A program made the position numbers and the translations under genes. 64,000 nucleotides of DNA, from contig NW_021833924.1 of assembly GCF_006345805.1 (NCBI RefSeq), forward strand, positions 1 through 64,000, given 5' to 3'. This DNA is from Octopus sinensis (taxonomy: Eukaryota). The notes beneath the pieces are model-generated. The model was given only the letters and a program-made list of their open reading frames with translations. It was not told the DNA's origin and did not search any database. Shown here piece after piece: positions 13,531 through 25,819 of the stretch. Position 1 is the first letter of the stretch; each line of letters begins with the position of its first letter.

Positions 13531-14210
13531 CTAAATCTACCGTGTCTTTCAAAAAGAAGGTGGTGACTCTATCATGCCAGAAACAACAGCCAAATCCCTC
13601 AAAAACTAAATTGTATCATCTTAAAAGAGGAAGGTAGTGATTGCACAATGCTAGAAATAACAGCCAAATCCCCCCCATATTACAATATACTGTTTAATAA
13701 AAAGCGGTGACTCTACTATGCTAGAAATAACAGCCATATTTCCCTCAAATTACACTCTACTGTCTTAAAAAAGGAAGGTACTGATCGTATCATGCGAGAA
13801 ATAACAGCCAAATCTCACTCAATTTACACTCTGTTGTCATTACGAAGTAAGGTGGTGACCCTACTATGCCAGAAATAACAGCTAAATCTCTCTGAAATTA
13901 AACTGTGCTGTCTTAAAAACGGTGGTGACCCTGCCATGCTAGAAACAACAGCCAAATCTCCCTCAAATTATACTCAGTTGTCATTAAAAAGGCGTTGACC
14001 CTACTATGCTAGAAATAACAGCCAAATCTCATTCAAATTACACTGTGCTGTCTTAAAAACGGTGGTGACTCTGCCATGCTAGAAACAACAGCCAAATCAC
14101 CCTCAAATTACATTGTACTCTGTAACGCATTGAGTCTGAACATGGTTGTTAGATATGGTAGAAAAAATAGCCAAATCTCCCTCGAAATCACACATAATGC
14201 AGGTAAAGCC
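13530..14210 (+). repeat. Older degenerate copies of the same satellite seed
   Basis: GCTAGAAATAACAGCCAAATCTCCCTCAAATTACAC... recurs about every 60-70 bp with high divergence. Confidence 0.8.
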
Positions 14211-14439
14211 AGTGTTTGGATGATGTAGTCCAAGGCAGGTATAAGTTGCTCCTAAATTTAGACGTGAGGTCATGGTCGGAGAGGCCAATTATCCAAGGAG
14301 TGTTATCTGGGCCTGACCCAGGGCACTGAACTTGGCGTCAATGACACTGCCACTACGACGACTACTAGAACTACTACTACAGTTCACATGACTACTCCCA
14401 CTACTACCACCGTCACGACGGCTACTACTGCAGCTGCTC

Positions 14440-15120
14440 GCTCTCTCTCTCTAAGTGTCTGTATCTCTTTCTCTCTCTTACGCTGTTCCCCCTCTCTCTG
14501 TTTGTAGTCCTTGCCACTGCCACTACCACTCGCATCGCAACACTCCTACCACGATTACGAATACTACTTCTCCTATTCCTCCTGTCTGTCTCGTATATAC
14601 GTCAACTCTCTCAACCACCAACACCACCACAATCACCGCCACCACCATCATTAATATTATTACTGTTACTACCACTCTCGCCTCTCCCTCACTTCCTCTT
14701 TCTATCTACCTCTCTGACACTCCTTGTCTCTCACTTTCTCTTCATATCTATTTTACTCTCTCTCTCTCTTTCTCATTCCCCCTCACACATACCTTCCTCT
14801 CTATCTATCACTTTTTCTCTGACAACTTCCCTCTCCCTCAATCTCTATCTCTCTGACACCCTCTCTCTCTATATATACATTTCTCTCTCTCGTTCCTTTC
14901 CTTAACACACCCTCCCTCTTACTTTATCTCTATCTCTCTAACACCCTCTCTCAATTCCTTTTACTCTCCCTCCATCACGTTCGCTCTTACACCCTCCCTC
15001 CTTCACTCATTATTTATCTACCTGACACCCTCCCTCTCCCTATTATTTCTCTATCTCTCTCCCGTTCTCTATATTTTTTTACTCTATCTCTTTCCCTCCT
15101 TCATTGTCTCTCTCTCTCTC
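14440..15120. repeat. CT-rich low-complexity tract
   Basis: Seen directly in the sequence. Confidence 0.85.
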
Positions 15121-15539
15121 TCGCGCGCGCGTTGCTTCCTTCACCATCGCCACCACCCCCCACACTACAACTACAACTACTACGTCTACACACCTTACTC
15201 CCACTACTACCAATTCGCCCCGTCGTCGCCAACCACCGCCGACGCCGACGCCACCGCCGACGCCACCGCCGCCGCCACCACCGCCAAACTACCACAGTCA
15301 CCACTCCTTGTACGGACTCTCCTCCCACCGTTACAACCACCACCACCAGCAACAACAACAACAACAATAACAACAATAATAGTTATAATACAACCACCGA
15401 TTTTTACCTCCTCTCACTGCAGCCCTTTCGTGCCCCTCCCACTCTTATCTCAATTAACGCTAATTGCTAATGAACAGAGGGAACTAACAACAACAATGAT
15501 ACAAGAATATTGTTCCCTTGTTTTACTAGAATATTGTAT

Positions 15540-16583
15540 AGAATAACGTATATACATACTATATATATATATATATACATACATTTCCATATACACACAC
15601 ACGTACGTATGTAATATATATATATATATATGTATATATACGCGCACATGTTCAAGTAAATTTATATATACATGCAGGAATATACATAAATTCATATGTA
15701 TATATTGAATAGCTATATGTATATAGATATATATATATACATATATACACTCCCTTGAATATATAAACGTATACATGTAACATGTATATATAAATCTATA
15801 ATGGTATGTGTATATACACATACATACACACCCATGAATATATAAATGTATACATGTAAAATTTGTGTAAATCTATAATATATATATGATCTATAATTAT
15901 ATATATGTCTACACGGATCTTTAAATTTATAATTATATATATATAATTTATATATACACAGGTATATATATATTTATATATATGTACATATATGTATATA
16001 TATATTCGTACATGTAAATTTATAATTAGATATATATAATTTATATATATATATAACTATATATATAAATATATATATGTATGTATACATATAAATACAT
16101 ATATATAATTTTCTCATAAAAATATAAATTTTTCTCTCTATATACACACATGTATATATAAATATATATTCACACGCATATATTAATCGATGGATGTGTA
16201 TATACGTATCTATATATGTATGTAGGTAGCATACTTATATACATATAGCTAGGCTTAAGCAAGGATTTGATCTATGGCCCATGATCTCGGAATCGCTGGT
16301 TGACGTGGTGTTTAGTACATATAATGTGCCCCACGATTTATTATGATACGCAGTGATGTTACTCGACGCGAACTCACGGCTCCTCAGAGTTTGTATTAAT
16401 GTTTTTTTCCACAATTTCATTGCTGTTTTTATAATATATATGTATATATGTACGCCGACTATGTATGTGCTTTGCATATATGTATATATTGTATGTGTGT
16501 ATGTATGTATGTATGTGTATATATATATATATATATATATGTTGTGTGTGTGTGTGTATATATATATATATGTTGTGTATGTG

Positions 16584-16619
<36 letters not shown>

Positions 16620-16661
16620 GTGTGTGTGTGTGTGTATATAAGTATATATATATATATGTTG

Positions 16662-16698
<37 letters not shown>

Positions 16699-17345
16699 GT
16701 GTATATATATATTATATATATTGTGTGTGTGTGTATATATATATGTTGTGTATGTGTGTGTATTTATATATATATATATTGTGTGTGTGTGTGTGTGTGT
16801 GTATATAAGTATATATATATGTTGTGTGTGTGTGTATATATATATATATATGTTGTGTGTATATATATATATATATATGTTGTGTATGTGTGTGTATTTA
16901 TATATATATATATATATATGTAAATGATGCTTTGTGTGTTATATATATATATATGTATATTGTGTTATATATATATATATATATATATATATGAGTGCGT
17001 GTCTAGGGAAGTATGTGTGTGTATAAGCTTGTGACTAAATGTACGCATGTGCGTGTGTATATATATATATATATGTGTGTGGTGTGTATGTGTATTCTTA
17101 AGTATAAATTTATATATATGTAACTGCCTTTGTATGTATGTATGTATGTTTGTATGTGTGTATGTAAATGTAAGCGTGTGAATGTGTCTTTATGTATGTA
17201 AACATTTATAATAAATATACATATATACACTCACACACATATATATACACAAACATGCCTTTACATTTGTATAATGTATGTAAATCACCGTATTTAATCA
17301 GACATACACACACACATTTGTGTGTGTCTATTAGCATATTTACTA

Positions 17346-17389
<44 letters not shown>

Positions 17390-17487
17390 ATTTAAATGTC
17401 ACCCCAACCTCTCCTCTCTCAGAGAACTTGTTAACAGATGTTGTATTTAACATACATTTTCACACGCACATACACACAATATATATA

Positions 17488-17528
<41 letters not shown>

Positions 17529-17646
17529 CAGCTGTGATTTTTCGCTAATACGAACACAATATCCAACATATATTGAATTTCTACACACCTGTATACATAC
17601 ATATTTACATACTAAATCTGACATTAACCTACGTATTGATGTGTGA

Positions 17647-17695
<49 letters not shown>

Positions 17696-17915
17696 ATATG
17701 TATGTATGTATATATATGTATGTATATATAATTAGAGGATATGTTAGCCTCGTGAAGGGAGTGTTGCATCCAAGGAAGAACTGGTTCAATACCTTAGTAT
17801 TTTGGGGGTATAGAATTCCCTGAAAACAATGGGTATATATTAAGCATATAGTTTATTTCCATTTCTTATATATATTTATATATATAGAGAGAGATCTGGG
17901 TCTGTCTGTCTGGTC

Positions 17916-18001
<86 letters not shown>

Positions 18002-18316
18002 ATGTCTGTCTATCTATCTATCTACCTTTCTATTTTTTTGTTCTTTTCTTCCCTTTTACGATCCCTTTTGATCGAAAACCTACGCCACCCCTTTTTTTTT
18101 CTTTTGTTTTTTGTTTTTTTCATCCCCAAAAGAAAAGCTCTACCTTCTATCTTGTCCCATCTGTGTGCAGCCCTGTGTGGCCAATAAAGAAACTTATCTA
18201 CCTATCTGTCTGTCTATCTCTCAATCTATCTACCTACCTACCTACCTACCTATCCATCTGTCTGTCTGTCTACCTATCTATCTACCTATCTATCTATCTA
18301 TCTATCTATCTATATT

Positions 18317-18355
<39 letters not shown>

Positions 18356-18366
18356 CTCTCTCTGTA

Positions 18367-18431
<65 letters not shown>

Positions 18432-18540
18432 GTCTGTCTGTCTGTCTGTCTATCTGTCTATCTCTATCTATCTATCTATCTATCTCTCTATCTATGTCTA
18501 TCTATCTATCTATCTATCTACCTACCTGTCCATCTGTCTG

Positions 18541-18598
<58 letters not shown>

Positions 18599-18600
18599 AA
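15540..18600. repeat. (TA)n/(TG)n/(TATG)n/(TATC)n microsatellite field
   Basis: Seen directly, with short unique islands at ~16240-16440 and ~17750-17850. Confidence 0.9.
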
Positions 18601-19069
18601 CTACACGAACATACACATAGAAAGACACACACACACACTCTCTAAAATGACGTCTCTAGCCGTTCGCCCATTTGCCAACCTCTCCACAGAACGTACTTGG
18701 TGCATCTCATGATGGTACCGGCTTTGGACAGGAAGTGTTGTATCATTGCTGGCCAGAGCAACTTCACATCTCTCACGATGTGTTGGTATCAACACGGCAA
18801 CATTTACGAGAAGATGAATAAGAGAGAGAGATAGATAGAGAGAAGAAAGGGAAGGAGGGAGAAAGCATCAGGTTGGTTACGAGTGTATGTGAGGGGAACG
18901 GCGGTGGTGATTGGTAAGAGTGAGTGATGGCTGTCAGTAGCGAGTGGTTTGTGGATGGAGCGGGTAGAGAGAGAGAGAGATGACTTTTAGTATAGTATAT
19001 GGTGTATCGGAGGGATACGGGGGATGGGTGTGTGTGTGTGTGTGTAGGGAGGGTATTGTTTCTGCCAGG

Positions 19070-19415
19070 TGGCCAGCTGGTAGAAACGTTAGCACACTGG
19101 GTGAAATACTTAGCGGTATTTCGTCTGTCGTTATGTTCTGAGTTCAAATTCCACCGAGGTCGACTTTGTCTTTCATCCTTTCGGGGTCGATAAATTAAGT
19201 ACCAGTTACGCACTGGGGTCGATGTAATCGACTTAATACCTATGTCTGTCCTTGTTTGTCCCCTCTATGTTTAGCCCCTTGTGGGTAGTAAAGAAATAGG
19301 TATTTCGTCTGCCACTACGTTCTGAGTTCAAATTCCGCCGAGGTCGACTTTGCCTTTCATCCTTTCGGGGTCGATAAATTAAATACCAGTTACTCACTGG
19401 GGTCGATGTAATCGA
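19070..19415 (+). mobile_element. S2 SINE with duplicated internal half
   Basis: GGCCAGCTGGTAGAAACGTTAGCA head; the GGTATTTCGTCTG...GGGGTCGATGTAATCG block occurs twice. Confidence 0.8.
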
Positions 19416-19667
19416 TGGGAGGTGGGTGTGTGGAAGAGTCAGTGAGTGGAGGGGGAACGAAATGCGTGGTTGTGTGGTAAGTAGCTTGCTTACCAACCAC
19501 ATGGTTCCGGGTTCAGTCCCACTGCATGGCACCTTGGGGTGGCACGGGTGTGGCAGACTGGTTAAGAAGCTTGCTTCCCAACCTTGTGGTGTTGGTTTCA
19601 ATCTGTCTGTCTGTCTGTCTAAATATCTGTTTATCCATCCATCCATCCATCCATCCATCTGTGTATC

Positions 19668-19702
<35 letters not shown>

Positions 19703-19869
19703 CAGGCTTCTTTCAGTTTCCGTCTTTCAAATCCTCTCACAAGGCTTTGACCAGCCTGAGGTTATATTAGAAGATACTTGCCCAAGGTGCCATGCGGAGG
19801 GACTGAACCTGGAACCATGTGGTTGGGAAGCAAGCTTCTTACCGCACAGCCACACTTGTACTTATGTAT

Positions 19870-20686
19870 TTTTCTTTTACTTATTTCAGTCATTTGACTG
19901 TGGCCATGCTGGAGCACCACCTTTAGTCGAGCAAATCGAGCCCCAGGACTTATTCTTTGTTAGCCTAGACACACAAACATACATAACATACATATATATG
20001 TATATATATATACGACGGGCTTCTTTCAGTTTCCATCTACCAATACACTCACAAGGTTTTGGTCGGCCCAAGGCTATAGTAGAAAACACTTGCCCAAGGT
20101 GTCACGCAGTAGGACTGAACCTGGAACCATGTGGTTGGTAAGCAAGCTACTTACCCCACAGCCACTCCTATGTGTATATACGACGGGCTTCTTTCAGTTT
20201 CCGTCTACCAAATCCAATCACAAGGCTTTGGTCGGCCCAAGGCTATAGTAGAAGACACTTGCCCAAGGTGCCATGCAGTGGGACTGAACCCAGAACCATG
20301 TGGTTGGTAAGCAAGCTACTTACCCCACAGCCACTCCTATGTGTATATACGACGGGCTTCTTTCAGTTTCCGTCTACCAAATCCAATCACAAGGCTTTGG
20401 TCGGCCCAAGGCTATAGTAGAAGACATTTGCCCAAGGTGCATGCAGTGGGACTGAACCCGACCCATGTGGTTGGTAAGCAAGCTACTTAGCCACACAGCC
20501 AACAACCTACGCCTATATATATTACATATATACGACAGGCGCTTCTTTCAGTTTCCTCTACCAAATCCAATCACAAGGCTTTGGTCGGCCCAAGGCTATA
20601 GTAGAAGACACTTGCCCAAGGTGCCACGCAGTGGGACTGAACCTGGAACCATGTGGTTGGTAAGCAAGCTTCTTACCGCACAGCCA
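19870..20686 (-). mobile_element. S1 SINE with four head-to-tail 5' modules
   Basis: Modules start at ~20011, 20180, 20349 and 20532 (~169-bp period for the first three). Confidence 0.85.
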
Positions 20687-21297
20687 CACTATAACATCGT
20701 TATGTCATTAATTTCTCTGTGTAAAACCGTTTCAGTTGGTTGACCATCCCCTCTGAACAGAGATGGATTGTCTTCACTGTGTCTGTATTGGATGGCCATT
20801 GTCTTTCCTGGGTTGCTTTGCCCTGGGACAGGTCTTGTTCTTTGTCCTGCTTGGTGTCTGAAAATCGTGAAGGCGCATGGTTCAGTGGTTAGAGTGTCAG
20901 GTTCACAAGCATGAGGTAGTGAGTTCGGATCCTGGACTGGGCTGTGTGTTGTGTTCTTGAGCAAGACACTTTATTTCACATTGCTCCAGTTCCATCATCC
21001 TCCCCATCACCATAATATTCATCATCATCATCATCATCATCGTCATCATATCATTATCCTCATCACCATCATCATCATTTAATGTCCATTGTCCAAATTG
21101 GTAAGCCAGGGAGCTGCATCAGGTTCCCGTCTGATTTGGCAAGGTTTCTACAGCTGGATGCCCTTCCTGATGCCAACCACTCCAAGAGTATGGTGGGTGC
21201 ATTTTACGTGCCACTGGCATGGGCGTCATTGATGTGACACAGCACTGGCCTTAACTATGATCTCACTTGGCTTGACCGGTCTTCACAAGCATGGTAT

Positions 21298-21716
21298 ACC
21301 TATTTCTTTACTGCCCACAAGGGGCTACACAGAGTGGGGACAAACAAGGACAGACAAACAGATTAAATCGATTATACCGACCCCAGTGTGTAACTGGTAC
21401 TTATTTAATCGACCCCGAAAGGATGTAAGGCAAAGTCGACCTCGGTGGAATTTGAACTCAGAACATAGCGGCAGACGAAATACCTATTTCTTTACTACCC
21501 ACAAGGGGCTAAACTCAGGGGGGACAAACAAGGACAGACAAACGGATTAAGTCGATTATATTGACCCCAGTGCGTAACTGGTACTTATTTAATTGACCCC
21601 GAAAGGATGTAAGGCAAAGTTGACCTCGGTGGAATTTGAACTCAGAACATAACGGCAGATGAAATACCGCTAAGCATTTTGTCCAGCGTGCTAACGATTC
21701 TGCCAGCTCGCCGCCT
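21298..21716 (-). mobile_element. S2 SINE (internally duplicated) nested in an S3-related repeat, ~12-bp TSD
   Basis: CAAGCATGGTAT at 21286-21297 and 21717-21728. Confidence 0.85.
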
Positions 21717-22260
21717 CAAGCATGGTATGCCGGCAAAGGTGTTGGCCACCTGTCGCTGCCTCCATGGGGCCCATCATTCGAAGGGTGCTCTCTATGTGAC
21801 ACCGACATGGGTACCAGGTGCGTGACACCACCACGGGTACCAGGTGCGTTTCACCAGCATTGGCCAAAACTATGATCTCACTTGGCTTGACCGGTCTTCT
21901 CAAGCATGGTATACCGCCAAAGGTGTCGGTCACCTGTCACTGCCTCCATGGGGCCCGTCATTCAAAGGGTGCTCTTTATGTGTCACCACCACGGGTACCA
22001 GGAACGTGACACCAGCATTGGCCAAAACTATGATCTCACTTGGCTTGACCGGTCTTCTCAAGCATGGTATACCGCCAAAGGTGTCGGTCACCTGTCACTG
22101 CCTCCATGGGGCCTGTCATTCAAAGGGTGCTCTTTATGTGTCACCACCACGGGTACCAGGAACGTGACACCAGCATTGGCCAAAACTATGATCTCACTTG
22201 GCTTGACCGGTCTTCTCGAGTATGACACATCACCAAAGGTCTCGGTCAACTGTCACTGCC
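21717..22260 (+). repeat. 158-bp tandem repeat (~3 copies) inside an S3-related element
   Basis: CCAGCATTGGCCAAAACTATG at 21854, 22012 and 22170. Confidence 0.85.
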
Positions 22261-22439
22261 TTCATGTCGCCCATCATTTGGACAGTGTTTTTTGTGTACT
22301 ACCGTCATGTCAAACTGTCCAACCCATGCCAGCACGGAAAGCAGATGTTGATGACGATGATGATGGTGATCATGAGGTCTGTTGCGTATTTGAATACGGA
22401 AGAACATTGAATAGCTCAGTGGATAGAGTCTGGGAAAAC

Positions 22440-23505
22440 TAACGAATTATTTCATTGGTTCACATGATGTCTCTGCTGGTGCCACACATGAAGTGGGCAT
22501 GCTGGTTCCACGTACAAAGTGGATCGGCCAGTGCCACGTATGGGATGGCTGGCCTAGCGCCACATACAAAGCGGCTGGTCCGGTGTCATGCGCAATGTGA
22601 CCGGGCTGGTGCCACGTACAAAGCGGCTGAGCTGTGTCACATATGAGTCGGCCAGGCCAGTGCCATGTACGGGGCTCTCAGGACAATGCCATGTACGAGG
22701 CTGTCGGGCCAGTACTACGTATGAGGCAGCCGGGCTGGTGCCACGTACAAAGCAACTGGACCGGTGCCATATACGAAGTGGCTGGTTTGGTCCCACGTAT
22801 GAGGCGGCCCAGCTGGTGTCACGTATGAGGTGGCTGGGCCAGTATGACAAACGAGGCAACTGGGCCAGTATGACAAACGAGGCAACTGGGCCAGTGCCAT
22901 GCACAAGGCGGCCTGACTGGTGTCACGTATGAGGTGGCTGGGCCCTTGTGACATACGAGGCAGCCTGGCTGGTGCCACGTATGAGGTGGCCTAGCTGGTC
23001 CCACGTATGAGGTGGCTGGGCCCTTGTGACATACGAGGCGGCCTGGCTGGTGCCACGTATGAGGTGGCTGGGCCTTTGTGACATACGAGGCAGCTGGGCT
23101 GGTTCCACGTATGAGGTGGCCCCGCTGGTGTCACATATGAGGTGGCTGGGCCAGTGTCACATACGAGACGGCCGGGCTGGTGTCACATATGAGGTGGCTG
23201 GGCCCTTGTGACATACGAGGCGGCCCAGCTGGTGTCACATATGAGGTGGCTGGGCCAGTGTCACACATGAGGCAGCCAGTGCCGGTGCCACATACAGGGC
23301 AGCCAGGCTGGTGCCAAATGTAAAACACTGGTGCTGCCGCCACATGGAAAGCACCCAGCACACCCCGTAAAAGTACTTGACATCAGGAAGGGCATCCAGC
23401 CATAGAAACCACACTAAAACAGACAAATGGGGCCTGGGCAGTTCTGCTGACCGACTCTTTTCCAACTGTCCAACCCATGCCAGCATGGAAAAACGGGAGT
23501 TAAGT
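22440..23505 (+). mobile_element. S3 retroposon with an expanded GC-rich short internal tandem repeat
   Basis: Degenerate GTGCCAC(G/A)TATGAGG(T/C)GGCTGGGCC units, then the S3 3' signature CAGGAAGGGCATCCAGCC...CCAACCCATGCCAGCATGGAAA. Confidence 0.7.
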
Positions 23506-23846
23506 GGTGAAGTTAAATAGCCGTGATATCATTATGATATCATTATGTGATACCATATTTGTTATGTGATATTTATTATGTGATATCATATTTATTATCA
23601 TATTTATTATGTGATATCATTATGTGATATCATTATGATTTGTTATGTGATATCATTATGATTTGTTAATGTATTTAATTTTGAAAAATTATTTACCGTG
23701 TGTATTGATAATTTTAATTTCTGTAAGGGGATTTAGATAATTAATACATTTTTTATAAATCAAGAAATAATTTAATTAAAATAATTACATTGGAAGTTAT
23801 AGATTAAATGGTGATGATATGTGTGTATATATATATAATATATATA

Positions 23847-24260
23847 GCAGGAGTGGCTGTGTGGTAAGTAGCTTGCTTACCAACCACATGGTTCTGGGTT
23901 CAGTCCCACTGCGTCGCATCTTGGGCAAGTGTCTTCTGCTATAGCCCCGGGCCGACCAATGCCTTGTGAGTGGATTTGGTAGACGGAAACTGAAAGAAGC
24001 CTGTCGTATATATGTATATATATATATATATATATATAAGTGTGTGTGTATATGTTTGTGTGTCTGTGTTTGTCCCCCTAGCATTGCTTGACAACCGATG
24101 CTGGTGTGTTTACGTCTCCGTCACTTAGCGGTTCGGCAAAAACAGACCGATAGAATAAGTACTGGGCTTACAAAGAATAAGTCCCGGGTTCGATTTGCTC
24201 GACTAAAGGCGGTGCTCCAGCATGGCCGCACTCAAATGACTGAAACAAGTAAAAGAGTAA
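23847..24260 (+). mobile_element. S1 SINE, near full length
   Basis: Head, internal (TA)n/(TG)n, 3' module and AAAAGAGTAA tail. Confidence 0.85.
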
Positions 24261-24659
24261 TATATATAAAATAAAATACAAAATGGGACAAGAACACAAA
24301 ACATCCGGACAACAAGGTGATACAAAATGGAACAACAAAACATCCAGAGAGATGATACAAAAAAACAAGGACTGGTCATTCGAAGACTTTTATTCTCAGT
24401 CAAGAACCGGATCATCCTCGCAATTTCGGCTGATTAATCTTGAGATTGCTCCAATCTGGCCAATCCCCTGCAATCTCAAGATTAATCAGCCGAAATTGTG
24501 AGGATGATCCGGTTCTTGACTGAAGATAAAAGGCTTCGAATGACCCGTCCTTGTTTTCTTTGTATCATCTATCTGGCTGTTTTGTTGTCCCTTTTTGTAT
24601 CACCTTGTTGTCCAGATGTTTTGCGTTCTTGTCCCATTTTGTATCTTATTTTATATATA
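24261..24659. repeat. Fold-back palindrome, ~189-bp arms, 20-nt spacer
   Basis: 24261-24449 is the reverse complement of 24470-24659, with scattered mismatches. Confidence 0.92.
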
Positions 24660-24685
24660 TATATAGCGGCGTACGTACACTTTGT

Positions 24686-24736
<51 letters not shown>

Positions 24737-24766
24737 CAAAGTAAGCAACAAGGATATCCAGGGGCA

Positions 24767-24857
24767 ATGCAGTACGATCGTTTCATGCGACTCCATTTAA
24801 TTGAACATTGCAAACATTACATCAATTTTTAAAATGTAGAGCAATCTTCAGCTGCAT
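24767..24857 (-). ncRNA. Type I hammerhead ribozyme motif with extended (~60-nt) stem II
   Basis: Minus strand ATGCAG-CTGAAGA-[60 nt]-GAAA-C-GATC-G-TA/CTGCAT: perfect 6-bp stem I, palindromic stem III, GUA cleavage triplet. Confidence 0.75.
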
Positions 24858-25017
24858 AAAAATATAGAATTTAGTTAAATTTGAAGAATTCATTTGTATA
24901 ATTTTCTTTTTATCCAAAATCTCCAAGAGGATAAAGAGATAGACAAAGAACATGTTTTATCAACAACATCACAGTTGTAACTGAGATGGTGTTGATAAAA
25001 CTGTATATACATACATT

Positions 25018-25654
25018 ATTATTATGGCTGCCCCCTCGTTATCGAGTATGGCCATTGCACAAAGCTTAACTGTTATTGATGCTGTGATCGAATGTGACTT
25101 TTTAGCCCAGCTAAAGATCTACAATGTCTTGTACAGAATTGGCAACTAAAACCTTTACCAGTAATAGCCGGCTGTAGTTGTAACTGGGCTTCATGTACCT
25201 TTGCATGTCGTTGAAGTCCTCCTGCCGAATTACACTCTCTTCCACATGCCCAACAGATATGATTAGTATGGTGTGTTACACCACCACCAGTGGCCAGGTT
25301 GTCGCTCATCTGTCTCGTTTTATGACTACGAAGATGACTCATGAGTCCAGCTTTACTGAGGCAGGGTCTTGCACAGACTTTGCATGTCAGAATCAAAGGA
25401 AGACCCTTCCCTTCTGGAAGTGTAACAGCGATGCCCTTCCTGACATCCCTCCTTACTTTCTCATGTGCAATTCGAGATTTCTCAAACGTGGCTGTCCCCT
25501 CATGCACAATCCTTCTCCACCTGCTACGATCAATAGCTATGCCTTCCCATGTGTCTGGAGAGATGCAAGCATCTCTTAAGGAAGCCTTCAGCAAGTCCTT
25601 ATACCTCCTTTTTGGTTTATGTGGAGGTCGTTCTCCTTTAGCTAACTCTCCATA
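25018..25654 (-). mobile_element. RTE-clade LINE 3' fragment (ORF C-terminus with three C2H2 fingers)
   Basis: YGELAKGERPPHKPKRRYKDLLK...WEGIAIDRSRWR is the RTE C-terminal signature. CxxC-x12-H-x3/4-H occurs three times; stop at 25073; short 3' UTR and (ATA)n tail. Confidence 0.85.
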
Positions 25655-25819
25655 CATACATACACACATATGTTTGACGGGCTTCTCTCAGTTTCTGTTT
25701 ACCAAATTCTCTCACGAGGCTTTGGTTTGCTAGAGGTGATATTAGAAAACTCTTGTCTGGAGTGCCATGTAGTGGAACTAGACCTGGAACCATGTGGTTG
25801 GGAAGCAAGCTTCTTATCA

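Noticed and set aside
16340-16395. CTGAGGA-GCCG on the minus strand
   Set aside because: No closing stem II, GAAA or cleavage triplet.
20700-20860. Possible minus-strand exon after TTCACGATTTTCAG
   Set aside because: No convincing donor or recognisable protein in any frame.
25073-25669. 198-aa ORF as a host C2H2 zinc-finger gene
   Set aside because: The N-terminal part is the RTE ORF end, it is 5'-truncated at a microsatellite, and a LINE-type tail follows.
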